A DNA stretch of 60,886 nucleotides from Catajapyx aquilonaris. Its lineage: Eukaryota. Shown one piece after another: positions 38,200-50,935 of this stretch (position 1 is its first letter; each line of letters opens with the position of its first letter). Made by a program: the position numbers and the translations under genes. The stretch spans positions 1 through 60,886 of the forward strand of contig KZ538576.1 of NCBI GenBank assembly GCA_000934665.2. Reading direction: 5' to 3'. The notes under the pieces were generated by a model. It saw only the letters and a program-made list of their open reading frames with translations, was not told the origin of the DNA and did no database searches.

Positions 38200-39790
38200 A
38201 CAAACAAAGAAGCAAAAAGGCCTAACAAACTACTATCAACAAATGATTAAACAAACGACTGAAAGAAAACAATTAAACAAACGACTGAAGGAAAACAATT
38301 AAACAAACGACTGAAAGAGAGCCCTTAAACAAACGATTGAAAGAAAGCAATTAAACAAACGACTGAAAGAGAACAATTAAACAAACGACAGAAAGAGAAC
38401 TCTTAAACAAACGATTGAAAGAGAACTCTTAAACAAGCGATTGAAAGAGAACTCTTAAACAAACGATTGAAAGAATGCAATTAAACAAACGACTGAAAGA
38501 GAACCCTTAAACAAACGATTGAAAGAAAACAAACAAACGACTGAAATCAAACGAAGAAACAAGTGACTGTAATGAAACTAAGATTAAAGGCGCTACAAAA
38601 GGCTGGAAACAAACAACGTTACAAGCACAACACGATTGACAACAAATGAAAAGGAAGTGACAGAAAGACTCTACGCAAACGGCGGAATAAGAGACAAACG
38701 ACGCAACGCGTGACAAAATTAATAGCTAATTATTCTACGATTAAATGAGTGACAAAAGGCTGAAAAAACGACAGAACAAGCGACATATGACTGTGAACAA
38801 ACGACGAAAGAATCAACAAAACAGTTCTAAACAAATGACGGAATAACCGACAAATGACTGCAAACGAACGACGAAAGAAGCAACATAAGCTGAGAACAAA
38901 CGACGGAACAAGCGGAAAACAGCTGATATCAAACGGAAAACAAGCGACAGGACGACTCTAAAGAAAGGAAGATATTAGGGACAAAATTCTGCAAACAAAT
39001 GACGGAATAGGCGAAAAATGACTGTGAACCAAAGAAGAGAGCAGCAACAAAACTTCAACAAAAGACGGAACAAGCGACAAGCGACAAACGACTCCAAACA
39101 AACGAAGAAACAAGCGACAAATCACTGGACTAATGTACGGAAAACCAGAGAACGTCCTGACGTCATAGTTTCTTCCATTGTTGCTTTTTATGGACACTGT
39201 TTACTTGTTATGTGAGAAAATTTCCATGGAAACTGTGATGACGTCAGATCGTTCTGTGGGTTATTACGTCGTTTGTTTAGCGTCATTTTGTTGATTCTTT
39301 TGTCGTTTGTTCACAGTCATTTGACGCTTGTTCTGTCGTTTTTTCAGCCATTTGTCGCTCCTTTCATCTTAGAATTTCACTCGCTTGTTTTAAGTTGTTT
39401 GCCGCTTATTCTGCCATTTGTGTAGTCTTTCTGTCACTACCTTTTCGTTTGTTGTCAATCGTGTTCTGCTTGCACTTGCACCCTCCCCAAAAAAATCCCC
39501 ATCCTTACCCCATGTCCTTTCACCCTTGCACTGGAGTTAGAAGAAATATCCGAAAAATGAAGGAAAAATGGTGGTATTCCACCCCCTTATAACGGTGTAA
39601 CGTAAAAAAATCGCGACAAATGAATGTAAACAAACTAATATTAACGAAGTGACAAAAGGCTGAAAACAAACGCTAGATCTATAACAAACTATCGACAAAG
39701 TAAACAAACGACGGGAATAGCGACAACCGAACAACACACAAACAAAACAAGGAAACGCGACGAAACGGATTGTAAAAAAAATGACTGTTA
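38200..39790. repeat. AAACGAC-rich repeat with a 23-bp tandem block and an internal inverted duplication
   Basis: (TTAAACAAACGACTGAAAGAGAAC)-like units at 38248-38525; 39265-39472 is the reverse complement of ~38620-38830. Confidence 0.85.
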
Positions 39791-40965
39791 ATTCCAACTC
39801 TGACAGAATGGTCGTAAAGGACCGTTCGAATCCCTGTCCAATTTCCCGTTCCCCAAAAATAATAAAAGAGGGACCTTTAAATGAATTTTAAAAATTTATG
39901 AAGGAGGGAACGGGTAAGGGTGACACCTTGACGCTAGTTCAATTACGCTTGAACTTCACTTAGCTCTAATGAAAATATACACTTCTTTTTTTTCCTTACT
40001 TTCCTTTTACTACTCTGCGTGATAGAGTTCGTTCTATTTTTTTCACGTTTCGTTTCGGTCCCGTGGAAACTTTGTAGTGCAGCAGTAAACATGACAATCA
40101 TTAGCGTGCTCAGTCCTATCTCGTTTCCTAAATTGAGAGCGTTTCGGGAGATACTGTCAACATAGATTTCCTACGGTCCTCATGGGAATTTAATCTGGGT
40201 TGATACGGTTGGACAGGGAACTCTTTTTTTGGGATCCGATTGGAGTCAAAATAGAGTATTTCCAAGACTGACACGATGTATTTCCAACCCTGTGAACCGG
40301 AAAAGGCCTTTCTATTGGCTCCTGGCGAAAATAATGTAAGCTCATTGCACATCACAATCAGTGTATTTCCAACCCTCTGAAATAAGATAGGGTTGGAACT
40401 AACTGCATTGTTTCTTCCAAATTGTGGGAAATTGTACCAATTGCTGTAATCGATTCATATGCTTCATTTAGGTCATAACATGCGTATTATTGCAACTCAC
40501 GTCAAGTAATTAGTGTGTTTCAAACCCTTTGAAATGACAGAGGCTTGGAAATAACTGTTGCTTCCCTGAATATAATTATGGGAAATAGCGCATTTCTGGT
40601 CCCAATTGCTGCAATCAATTGAAATGCATCATTGAGGGCATAACATGCATATTTACTGTAATTCGTGTATTTCCTACCCTATGCAATGAGAGGGGGGTTG
40701 GAAATAGCACCATTATTGCTTCTCCCAGAATGTGGGAAATTTCTGTCCCAAAGTGGATGATTGCTGTAATCAATTGATACGCATCATCTAGGCCATAACA
40801 TAGGCCTGCTTTTACATCGCTTCTTGGCATGTAGTGTGGGAAATAACTCTGGATGTAAGGTTGATATGCAGAATTCATGTCAAATTATACTTCCACAGAT
40901 TCCTGGTATTTCCAAGCCTCAATTTAATTTTCGAGCTGTTTCCAAACCTGTCAGATCAATCAGAA

Positions 40966-41188
40966 AAAGAGTCGCCAACTTGTGACGTCATTTCGTCTCT
41001 GATTGGTTGGAGTAGTACAGGCTTTCTGGCACCAGCCAATCGGAGTCGACCGTGACGTCAGAGCAGGCCACTATTTCCATAGCAATAGCGAAAGATGGCG
41101 GCATCCAATGGAGCCACAAACAGTACATAATTAGCCTATTGTTTCAGCCTATCAGAGACGATGCGACGTCACAAGTTGAAGACTCTCT
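40966..41188. mobile_element. Degenerate MITE/hairpin
   Basis: AGAGTCGCCAACTTGTGACGTCATTTCGTCTCTGATTGG pairs with CCTATCAGAGACGATGCGACGTCACAAGTTGAAGACTCT. Confidence 0.6.
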
Positions 41189-41974
41189 TACTCGAGGCTC
41201 TTTAGGTCAAAAGGCATGTATTTCCAAAGAAGTATTTCCAAGCCCCAATTTAATTTTCAATCTGTTTCCAAGTCTGTCAAGTCAATCAGGTCAAAGGACA
41301 TGTTGTATTTCCAAATATGTATTTCCAAGCTCCAATTTAATTTTCAAGCTGTTTCCAACCATGCCGTCCGCCATTTTGAAAAATCTTCCACCTTTCGTAC
41401 CATCTGACGGTTGGAACTACTGTTATGATTACATCAACCCAACTTCATCAAAATTGTCAACCCTATTTGGTACCACCGAGGTCACAACAATACCCAGTAG
41501 TCTTAAGGCCCTCTGGAGCCCGCATACTGTTAATTACTCTCCCAACAATCCCAACTCATCAGGGAGTCATAACCAAATTGAAGATAACCCCTTGAGAACC
41601 CCCATTTTTTTGTAGTTCTAACCCTGTTGGTACAGACACACCTAAAAAAAAGTCCTGCGGTGTTTCCAAGACATTCTTTTGTCTTTATGGCCAACAAGGA
41701 TGCCTTGCACGTTCTCAACCCTCTTGCAATATACATGAGGACTCGTTATTGAATATTTAAGTAGCTCGACAACGGATATGAAGGTTTAGGATAGGAGGAA
41801 AACGGGGGTGGCCATGTTGGACAAGTGTCGAGCAAGTGGCGCCATCTCGTCAGACGGATCTAATTAAAATGGCGGATGTGATTAGGTTAAATGAGCCCGA
41901 AGAGTCTTTACTTTAATCACGAGACTGTCCGAGACAGACATTCCTACCCCAGTCTTATGGAAACCCCCGTGAGA

Positions 41975-42176
41975 TTAGTTCTTCCACCAGTGGCGCTGGT
42001 GTAGTCTGCAAGTGTTTGGCGATTCAGGCGGGCGAATCTGCGCTTAGTATAATCGTGAGTAGATTTATAATATCGACTCGAAGTGCTTCAATTAACCGCA
42101 GATTCGTCCGCCAGGATCGCCACACTTGCTACACCAGCGCCGAAGCGGCAACCCTCCTGGACTGGTGAGAACTGAT
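41975..42176. mobile_element. Hairpin MITE
   Basis: GGCGCTGGTGTAG..GCAAGTGT..GGCGAT..GGCGGGCGAATCTGCG pairs with CGCAGATTCGTCCGCC..ATCGCCACACTTGCTACACCAGCGCC; the outer arms are degenerate. Confidence 0.65.
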
Positions 42177-42309
42177 AAGGGCATGAGAGGCAATGGTATT
42201 TAAAAGATCCGCTATCTATGAAAGGAGTATGGTACTACGTTGACAGTTTGGCCAAATTTTGGCTCTCAAGGGGTTATTCACTTACATCTTTTGCTGAGAC
42301 GGACAACCC

Positions 42310-42482
42310 TGCTGACTACCTCTGGACTACCCGGACTACCCTCGGACTTCCCCGGACTACCTCGGCGCTCGGCCTATTCCCGGACCATCCGGACTACCCC
42401 CGGACTATCCCATTAACTATCCTGGACTACCCGGACTACCCCCGGACTGCCATTGGACTACCCTCGAACTACCCTCCAACTA
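42310..42482. repeat. GGACTACCC short tandem repeat
   Basis: Read directly from the sequence. Confidence 0.8.
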
Positions 42483-42584
42483 CCTACAAAGGTGTATACG
42501 GACTACCGTTAGTGAATAACCCTTTGGATTCACCAGTAGAGATTGCAAGATGATATGAACTATGATCTATCACTATTCACTACT

Positions 42585-42813
42585 TTATAATTGATATTAG
42601 GGAGGTTGGCCCAGCATTGCCTTTCAACCTCCAAAGATAGGGAGGGAAGGAAGCGGCTGTGGCCTATTATGCGGAAGCAACTCCGGAATTTTCCTGGAAG
42701 GACCGTGGAAAACCACAGAAAACCACGGTCAGGGTTGCCGGCCCCGGGATTCGAACCCAGGGCCTCCCGATTAGCAGTCGGACTCCTTATCCACTATGCC
42801 AACCTGCTTCGGT
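42585..42813 (-). mobile_element. tRNA-derived SINE (Nin/Deu-like core), full length
   Basis: Reverse-complement relative of the 59949 copy; A box TGGCATAGTGG, B box GGTTCGAATCC; 13-bp TSD ACTATTCACTACT (42572-42584 and 42814-42826). Confidence 0.93.
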
Positions 42814-43589
42814 ACTATTCACTACTGTAATAATTAACATACCCTGTAACTAATTAGTCTAAATGAACCTAATTATTTTGTTAAAACTTTTCGCAAACTT
42901 TTTGTTCAAAATAGCTAAGTCTATATTTTTTTTGTTCCATTCCTAGATCTGATTGGCACTTCAAAATGTTAATTATTGCTCTATTAAAAATACACATCTT
43001 GTGTTTTTAATTACGGAGAATATCAACTTCAGCTGGTCCGAATCATTAATGGAATATTAAATATCAATTAAGGAATTAATGAGAATTTCCTTCTGTTTCC
43101 AAATTAAATGACTTTTTTTTCGCTCGAAGTGATTGCTTAATTACTGTTTTTACAGTGTAATGCGATAGGGCTGGAATGATTTTTTTTTTGTTATTTCCAA
43201 CTGTCATGCCTGCGGATCCCTGGTTCGGAACTGAGAGTTGGAAATACCTGGACTAAATTAGAGCTGAAATTTGACCCAAATTATGAACTATAGTAAACTT
43301 TGTGGTTAAGAAGTCTTGGAAATGCTTAGCAGGAGATAGTGATTGGGCTAGAAATAATACTAATCCAGGGACTACACTAGTGTTGTAAATAACAACACAG
43401 AGAAAAACCTAGTGTTTAGCGTATTTCCAGTCATGTTTAGTATTGGAAACACATGACCACTAAATATGACGATAATTATAGAAGTATTTGAAGTATTTCC
43501 AAGCTACAAGTATTGGTAATACTTGCAAAGATTTACCTCAACCAGTGTTCAAATAATAAGCAAGTGCTGGAAATAAACTTAACTAAAGT

Positions 43590-44120
43590 ACAATTAATTA
43601 TAGCCCCAATCACATGAATTAAACCAGTGCAGGGTTGGAAATGTGGACCAGCCAGTGTTGTAAACACCTACAAAGGGTGGACTGCAATGTTGGAAATACA
43701 TGCAGTTACTGGAAGAATGCAGTGTCGGAAATATAAATGCTGGGTTTGGTAGTGTTGGAAATACAATGGCTAGACTACTGCAGTGTTGGAAATACAATGG
43801 CTAGACTACTGCAGTGTTGGAAATACAATGGCTAGACTACTGCAGTGTTGGAAATACAATGGCTAGACTACTGCAGTGTTGGAAATACGATGGCTAGACT
43901 ACTGCAGTGTTGGAAATATAAATGCTGGATTATGTCAATGTTAGAAATGAGAAGAATCCCGTGTTTGAAATACCTACAAAGGGTTAGAAATACCTGCAAT
44001 ACCTACAAAAGGTGGACTACAATGTTGGAAATACTACAGTACGCGGACTAATGCAGTGCTGGAAATACCAATGCTGGATTATGGCAGTGTTGGAAAGGAG
44101 AATTTACCAATGATGGAAAT
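43590..44120. repeat. TTGGAAATA-core repeat including a 31-bp tandem x5
   Basis: (CAGTGTTGGAAATACAATGGCTAGACTACTG)n at 43751-43918; the same core is dispersed over 40270-41360. Confidence 0.85.
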
Positions 44121-45029
44121 ACATCAATTTTCACATATGAATGTTATAACTACCAACCAATTTTTGTACATCAGTACAGGAAACACTTCCTAACGCCAAA
44201 ATATTGTCATATCATTCAATCATCCAAGGGATATTCATGGGTCGTATTCTGGATGCACCAGGATGTCCCCTGGATGTCGAGTCTGATCGTGACATCCATC
44301 GGATGCCCTATATGGATATCAATGTGCTACTTTGGTATTGCTGTAAACACTTCCGAATTCCAAACAAATTGTCCTATCATTCAACCAGTGCTGGAAATAA
44401 CTCTATCTGTATGCAACAATCCACCCTACAAGGCTTGTTGATCCTATCCACTTGTTTATTGTTTGCCCGTGACTAGCCGCAGGTGAATAGTAAATCCCCC
44501 CCTCCCCCCACCTCCCTTGTTGGGTCGATCCATAAGTTGTTTATAATAGGCTTAAATAGTATTCAAATTCGCATTACGCAGGATGTGACAATTAAGTAAG
44601 CGTGTAATTCAATTGTGGCTTACAACTCATTTGGACGCATCCGGTGGACATTTTTCATAGCACCATGTCAGCCAGTCCAAGCGGATTCTATGTGGTCCAT
44701 TTTGTTTCCCCATTGGTCCCCCCCCCCCCTTGTTGTTTACATCTCCCCCCACCCTCCAAAAAACCGGAGCCTAGAACCAGTTTTTTTTTAAAATGGCTTG
44801 GATTGGAAATGGATCTGGGACAGCAAATTAAGCGCTTCAATAATGAAGGTTTGCATCAGTGCGTTGCTAGCATGCTGGATGGTATATGTATACTGGCCGT
44901 AAAACTGGGTGCGTTGTTGTGAATAATGGTGATGTACTGCTCTGTTTGGGTGAATATGCAAAGGGCCTATTGGGATATTGGTTTTTAGGTCAGGTCTCGG
45001 ATGATAGGATCGTCTGGGGAAATGGTAGT

Positions 45030-46045
45030 GACGGGGTATCGTTGGGAGATGAGGGTAGTTACGTTTAAAAACCCCCGTAGTAAAGTGGTATCGTCGGAAG
45101 ATACTGGTGGCGATCTGGTATCGTCGGAAGATACGGGTAGTGATCTGGTATCGTCGGAAGATACGGGTAGCGATCTGGTATCGTCGGAAGATACTGGTAG
45201 CTATGATTTTTTACGAGCGCAACCGAGTGCGCACCCACACTCGCGCAAGGCTATTGTTCCGTTAACAAAGTTGCCACAGTTACTTCTCAAAGGGTCTGTA
45301 AGGTTCGTTCTAGAGCCTTGGCAATATCGCAAAGTCAGCCATATTGTTAACCCCTTTGCGCGAACTGTGTTGCGTACTCGGTTGTGCTCACAAAACGTCA
45401 TCTATAGCGATGCGGTATCGTCAGCAGACATGAGTGTTGATGTAGTATAGTTGGGAAATACTGGTAGTGGCAGCTGTGGCAGATTCTGGTAGCAAAGTAG
45501 TTGGAAGATATTGGCAATGACCATTAAAAGATCTAGCAGTACAATGGTATCGGTGGGCGATATTTATAGTGATGTGGTATCTTTGGAAGATACTGGTAGT
45601 GACAGTTGAAAGACTTAGGTAGTAACATGGGTGTCGTTCGGTATTTATTTTATAGTGATGCGTCATCGTTGAAAGATACTGTTAGCGGTGTATAGTCAGA
45701 AGATACTGGTAGTCATCGTCAGAAGATACTGGTAGTGACGAATGTCGTTGGAAGATGCGGGTAGCGACCGTCGAAACGTCCCGCTTGTAAAGTTGTATCG
45801 GTGGGCAATGTTTATAATGATGCGATGTACTATCATCGTAAGATAGGCCTACTGGTAGTGATGCGGTATCGCAGTAAGACACAAGTATTGACGGGGTATC
45901 GCTTGGAGATAGCCTACTGGTAGTGACGCGGCATTGTCTGGAGATACTGGTATTGAGAGTAAAGGGGTATTGTTGAGCAATATTATAGTTGATGCTGTAT
46001 TGTCGGAAGATACTGGTCGTGACCTAGTGTATAATTAGTATCGTC
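45030..46045. repeat. 30-bp minisatellite (GGTATCGTCGGAAGATACTGGTAGTGATCT)
   Basis: Four near-perfect units at 45087-45200 and many degenerate ones. Confidence 0.85.
45202..45404. mobile_element. Degenerate MITE inserted in the GAAGATACTGGTAG repeat array
   Basis: ATGATTTTTTACGAGCGCAACCGAGTGCGCA pairs with TGCGTACTCGGTTGTGCTCACAAAACGTCAT. Confidence 0.55.
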
Positions 46046-47048
46046 ACCACTATCAATACTATTTCCCAATACGTAACCTTGACACCAATTTCAATATTAT
46101 CAGTGACTGTCACTTCAGTGTAGCCATGGCAATAATATATCCGACATACACACCTCAATAATGAGTACAATGCACACTAAAATGCTCATACCATGGCTTC
46201 ATATTATAATGAAAACCCTTGTTTATTCTAATGGAAATGCGCTCAATTAATATTAGCACACTTGTTGACTCAAAATTACATCAGAACCAGTGCTGCAGAC
46301 TATAAAATATGCAGTATATCAATATTGACATTGACCAATCCAGACCCGACCTTCAACAATGTTTAGAACCGCCATTTTTGCGGCACATGATGCAGATTTA
46401 CCTTTACCCTCAAAATAATGAGGTCAGCCAATAGAGGGCCTGAAGGTTCTTAATAGCTCACTTTAAATCTGAGTTATATTGTTGGGATCAATATAATTAA
46501 GCTTTTGATTTTGCTATAAAAACCCCTGGATTGTCCCATAGGAAGCAAGCCATTTAATTATAACCCCCCCCCCTCCCCTTGTTGCATTAAGTTGTAAAAT
46601 GGCGGCCTAGAACCAGGCCTAGAGGGCGGTGGTTTGGAGGTGATTGATTCGGCATTCATGGATTCCTGTGCCAGGAATTCCAATATCACTACCCCTCCTC
46701 CCCTTGGAAGCTTGACGTACAATGCTGAAACGGTGTTTTTGGAAGAGCTCGGGAGGCCATCTTATTGTTGTTGCGCTTTGTTATCGGCATAGCTAGGCCT
46801 AGGCCCCAGATGATTGATGGGGAAGTTCCGGTTGTTTGCAGGAGTGATAAAGGGACCTGGGGGCCACAGTTAGACAACCGTGTGTACCTGGAACTCATAT
46901 TTAATTTATTAGCGTATAAAACTTGTAAATAACGTGCATTTCCGTTATAGACAGGTTTGGGTTATATGGGACAACAATAAGGTGGCAACATAGGGAGTCA
47001 CTGATAAGGAGCCCACTGCCTCTAACGTTGATTTCTTAAGGTTACCAC

Positions 47049-47376
47049 TAGGGCTGTGCGATATTTCGATATATCGACTGTCGATACGATATTTCCTAAT
47101 ATCGAAGTTGCGATATCCGATTCTTGGCATGTGCGATATATCGAATATCATGATTTTTCGATCTCGGTTTCCGATTTTTTCCGATGTCGTTTCGATGTCG
47201 ATTTTCGATATTTTTCGATGTCGGTTATCGATATTTTTCGATGTCGGTTCGATATCGGTTTTCGATACTTCCCGATGTCGGTTCGATGTCGGTTTTTGAT
47301 GTTCGATATATCGACTTCGACTCGATATTTTAAGTATCGAAAGTCGATATGCAACTTCGGATATCGCACATGCCTA
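47049..47376. mobile_element. hAT-family MITE (328 bp)
   Basis: TAGGGCTGTGCGATAT...ATATCGCACATGCCTA termini, dense CGATA/TATCG subterminal repeats, perfect 8-bp TSD GTTACCAC. Confidence 0.93.
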
Positions 47377-47417
47377 GTTACCACCTTATCATTGACTTCT
47401 TAAGGTTACCACCTTAT

Positions 47418-47703
47418 AGTATGAAAAACATTGCCCTTATGCCACTAAGGATATAGTAGACTTTTTACGGGCACACTTCGGATATAGTAGACCAGAGACC
47501 CACGCCAACATGATCTCTGACGCTATTTTAACGACTTTGACGTCAAACTATCGTCTCAACGGTACAATAGTCATTACACTTCTTGACGTAAAAGTCGTTA
47601 GAATAACGTCACAGCGTGGGACTCTGGTCTACTATATCCGAAGTGTGCCCATAAAAGGTCTAGTATATCCGAAGTGGTATAAGGGAAAGGTTTTCCATAT
47701 ACT
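47418..47703. mobile_element. Foldback MITE
   Basis: GGGCACACTTCGGATATAGTAGACCAGAG pairs with CTCTGGTCTACTATATCCGAAGTGTGCCC; the symmetry extends over nearly the whole element. Confidence 0.8.
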
Positions 47704-48603
47704 ACTCCTTATTGTCTTCTCATCGTTGTCGCCACTTTCCACTAGAACCAGCCTATTAACTAGTTTTAAAAATTCAATGTGTTTTTGTGTAATCCAATCA
47801 TAACAGGCTATAGTCAGGATCATAGAATGGTGGACCAGACCGCTAATTATCATCATAGAACAAAACAAAAAAAACAACTTTAAAAAGGTGTTATGCATAA
47901 TGCTAACAAGCAATAAACTCGTGTTATCGGGAGTGACCCACTGATCAAAATGGTACGGCACAATTGTTCTGTTGCCCTAGAACAAACAACTGACCGAAAA
48001 AGCCATTACGCCTCTCTTTTTTTTGGTAAATAATGTTTTGGAGGGGGAGGGGGAGGGGGCAACAATTGCATTATTTATATGTCTGCCACATTAATGCAGC
48101 GATCACATAGTTGTGGTTTTTTAAACTGCCAGGAAAATGCATTAAATATTGATAAATATTTACGAGGTGGTATCACGTCAGCAGGGCTTTGTGTTAAAAC
48201 CTGGCGGGGATTTTCAAGTGATATAGGCTCAAAGTCAGGTCTGGTTTTATTTTTTGGGGGACTATCGGGACATAATAGGCTGCCAAATTATGATAAACTT
48301 ACTTGCATCAACTCTAGGTATGTTGGTGTCATATGTATGGCTTTTGGGTGACCCCACCAGTACTGTCCGTCTTGCGGCACTGCCAGGCACTGTACGTCGC
48401 AATGCGTGATTTTAATTGATTGCGAGCATCTACTGAGCGCGTAACTTGTATACGCTAACTATTCTGTCCGTATTATGTCCCGTAGCCCAACGAACGTTAT
48501 TGTGGCTTTGCAATTTTTACATAAATTTACCGATATTTCTGACAAAATTTATGCTCGTTTCGGGGCCCTACTGCGCGATGATTTTAATTGATTGCGAGCG
48601 TCA

Positions 48604-48975
48604 ACAAATGTAGCTATTATTTCACTATATGCCCACTCTACAAATGTAGCTATTATTTCACTATATGCACACTCTACAAATGTAGCTATTATTTCACTAT
48701 ATGTCCACTCTACAAATGTAGCTATTATTTCACTTTATGCCCACACTTCAAATGTAGCTATTATTTCACTATATGTCCACTGTACAAATTTAGCTATTAT
48801 TTCACAATGTCCACTACAAATGTAGCTATTATTTCACAATGTCCACTACAAATGTAGCTATTATTTCACAATGTCCACTACAAATGTAGCCATTATTGAA
48901 ATCTGCGAATATAACTGTTATTGAAATCTGTGAATATAACTGCTATTGAAATATGTGAATATAACTGTTATTAAA
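48604..48975. repeat. 36/32/26-bp tandem arrays
   Basis: (TACAAATGTAGCTATTATTTCACTATATGTCCACTC)n; a related array lies at 51715-51990. Confidence 0.9.
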
Positions 48976-50094
48976 ATGTACTTTTAAAAGCTAGCTTGGC
49001 GATTATTGTAGTTTTGTATACGCCAACAACTATACTGTCCATATTGTGCGCCGCAGGTCAACGAACGTTACTGTGGCTTTGTCATTTTTACAAAAATTCG
49101 TGAACTTTTTAGACAAAATTCATCCTCGTTTTGGGGCCCGATCCGGATCTAGAACTGACCTAAACCTCAACACCTGGTGCCTAAAACCGGACATATTCCT
49201 CTCTGGAGCTATCTCTACTTGCTTCCATCTCCAAAATATGAATTACAACCTGGCCTCCATTATCCCGTCGGACATAACGAGCGTTCGTGACATGTCCTCC
49301 GTGACCTCTTACCCCACCCAGGTCACCATCTCTCCGCCTGATGGCGCTGAGAGATATTCGCCTCTCTCTCTCGCTCTCATGGGAACGTTCATTTCAGAGG
49401 GGGGTTCCAACTAGAGATATGCAAAAACCTAGTGATGGGGAAAACCCTGGACAAAAAACGTTGACCTCATTTCTGAAAAGGGGGGGTGGGGTCACATAAT
49501 ATCGGACCAATCCTATTAATGAGGAAACTTTTCCATCGGATCATAAATGTCGCCGATTCAAGGCGGGGTGTGTTTGAATCACTACTTCAAAAGACTCTTT
49601 TGACCAAAAATCCGGCTTTTCGCATAAAAAAGAGTCCGGTTTTTGTCTAGTTTTTGGTCGTTGGCCCCTGTCAGTATATTTTTTTTTCGAAAAAAATTTT
49701 GCGCTTTAATTAACTGCACGGAAAGAGGGATGTGATCAAAGTGAATCTGATTCGACAATTTCCGATATGTCACCACACTTGCTGGGGATGTCCTGTCAAA
49801 CCCCTCCCACTTTTTGTTGTCAGATTTAACTTATACCGAGCCTGGGGTTGTCAATCCCTTATGGTTCACGCTAGACACATTTATCAGAACCCTGTCAGTC
49901 GGCCATTTTGGATCCATTGCAACCATTCTGACTCGATGTCAATGTTGATGTTGCGATATTTTTCATTCGGAGGATAGAAAGGTTTAGGATTGTCAATAAT
50001 GGAGTGGAACCTGTCTATAACGGAAACTTGTCTGTTTCAAGGTTCTAGATATGGGTTTCCGGTATAGCTGAACCCGGATAACACGAAAATATAT

Positions 50095-50935
50095 ACAAAA
50101 ATAAAAACAAATTATATATGATAAATTAAAATCAAGTCAAATAAAATGAAATTGAAACAAAATACAAAAATTAATTTAATTTAAATTAAATACACAAATT
50201 AATTTAATTTAAAATAAATACACAAACTAATTTAATTTAAATTAAATATGCAAATAATTTAATTTAAATCAAATACACAAATTAATTTAATTTAAATCAA
50301 ATACACAAATTAATTTAATTTAAATCAAATACACAAACTAATTTAATTTAAATCAAATACACAAACTTATTTAATTCACATTAAATACAAAAATACCAAA
50401 TTCAAAAAGTTATTTAAATTAAATACAAATATCAAAAAACTTATTTAAATTAAATAAAAAGTTATTTAAATTAAATAAAAATATCAAAAAACTTATTTAA
50501 ATTAAATAAAAAGTTATTTAAATTAAATAAAAATATCAAAAAAGTTATTTAAATTAAATAAAAATATCAAAAAAGTTATTTAAATTAAATAAAAATATCA
50601 AAAAAGGTATTTAAATTAAATAAAAAAGTTATTTAAATTAAATAAAAATATCAAAAAAGTTATTTAAATTAAATACAAAAAATTCGAAATTCAAAAATTA
50701 ATTTAAATTATATAAAACACAAAATACAAAGAATACAAAATCAAATAAAAATCACAAATTAAATCAAATGATAAAATAAAGAAAAATCAAATCATATGCA
50801 CCTGAAATAAATACCAAACCTCGCAAATGAATATAATTATACCAAAAAAACCAAAAATTAAATAAATTCACAAATTAAAATCAAATGAAAAAATGAAATT
50901 AAATACATAAATAAAATGAAATTAAATTAAAACCA
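50095..50935. repeat. AT-rich tandem repeats (~27-30 bp)
   Basis: (AATTTAATTTAAATCAAATACACAAATT)n and (AAAAAGTTATTTAAATTAAATAAAAATATC)n. Confidence 0.85.

Noticed and set aside
43751..43918. 31-bp repeats (and the 36-bp repeats at 48604-48890) as a possible CRISPR array
   Set aside because: Units are directly adjacent with no unique spacers, there are no cas genes, and the context is eukaryotic. These are minisatellites.
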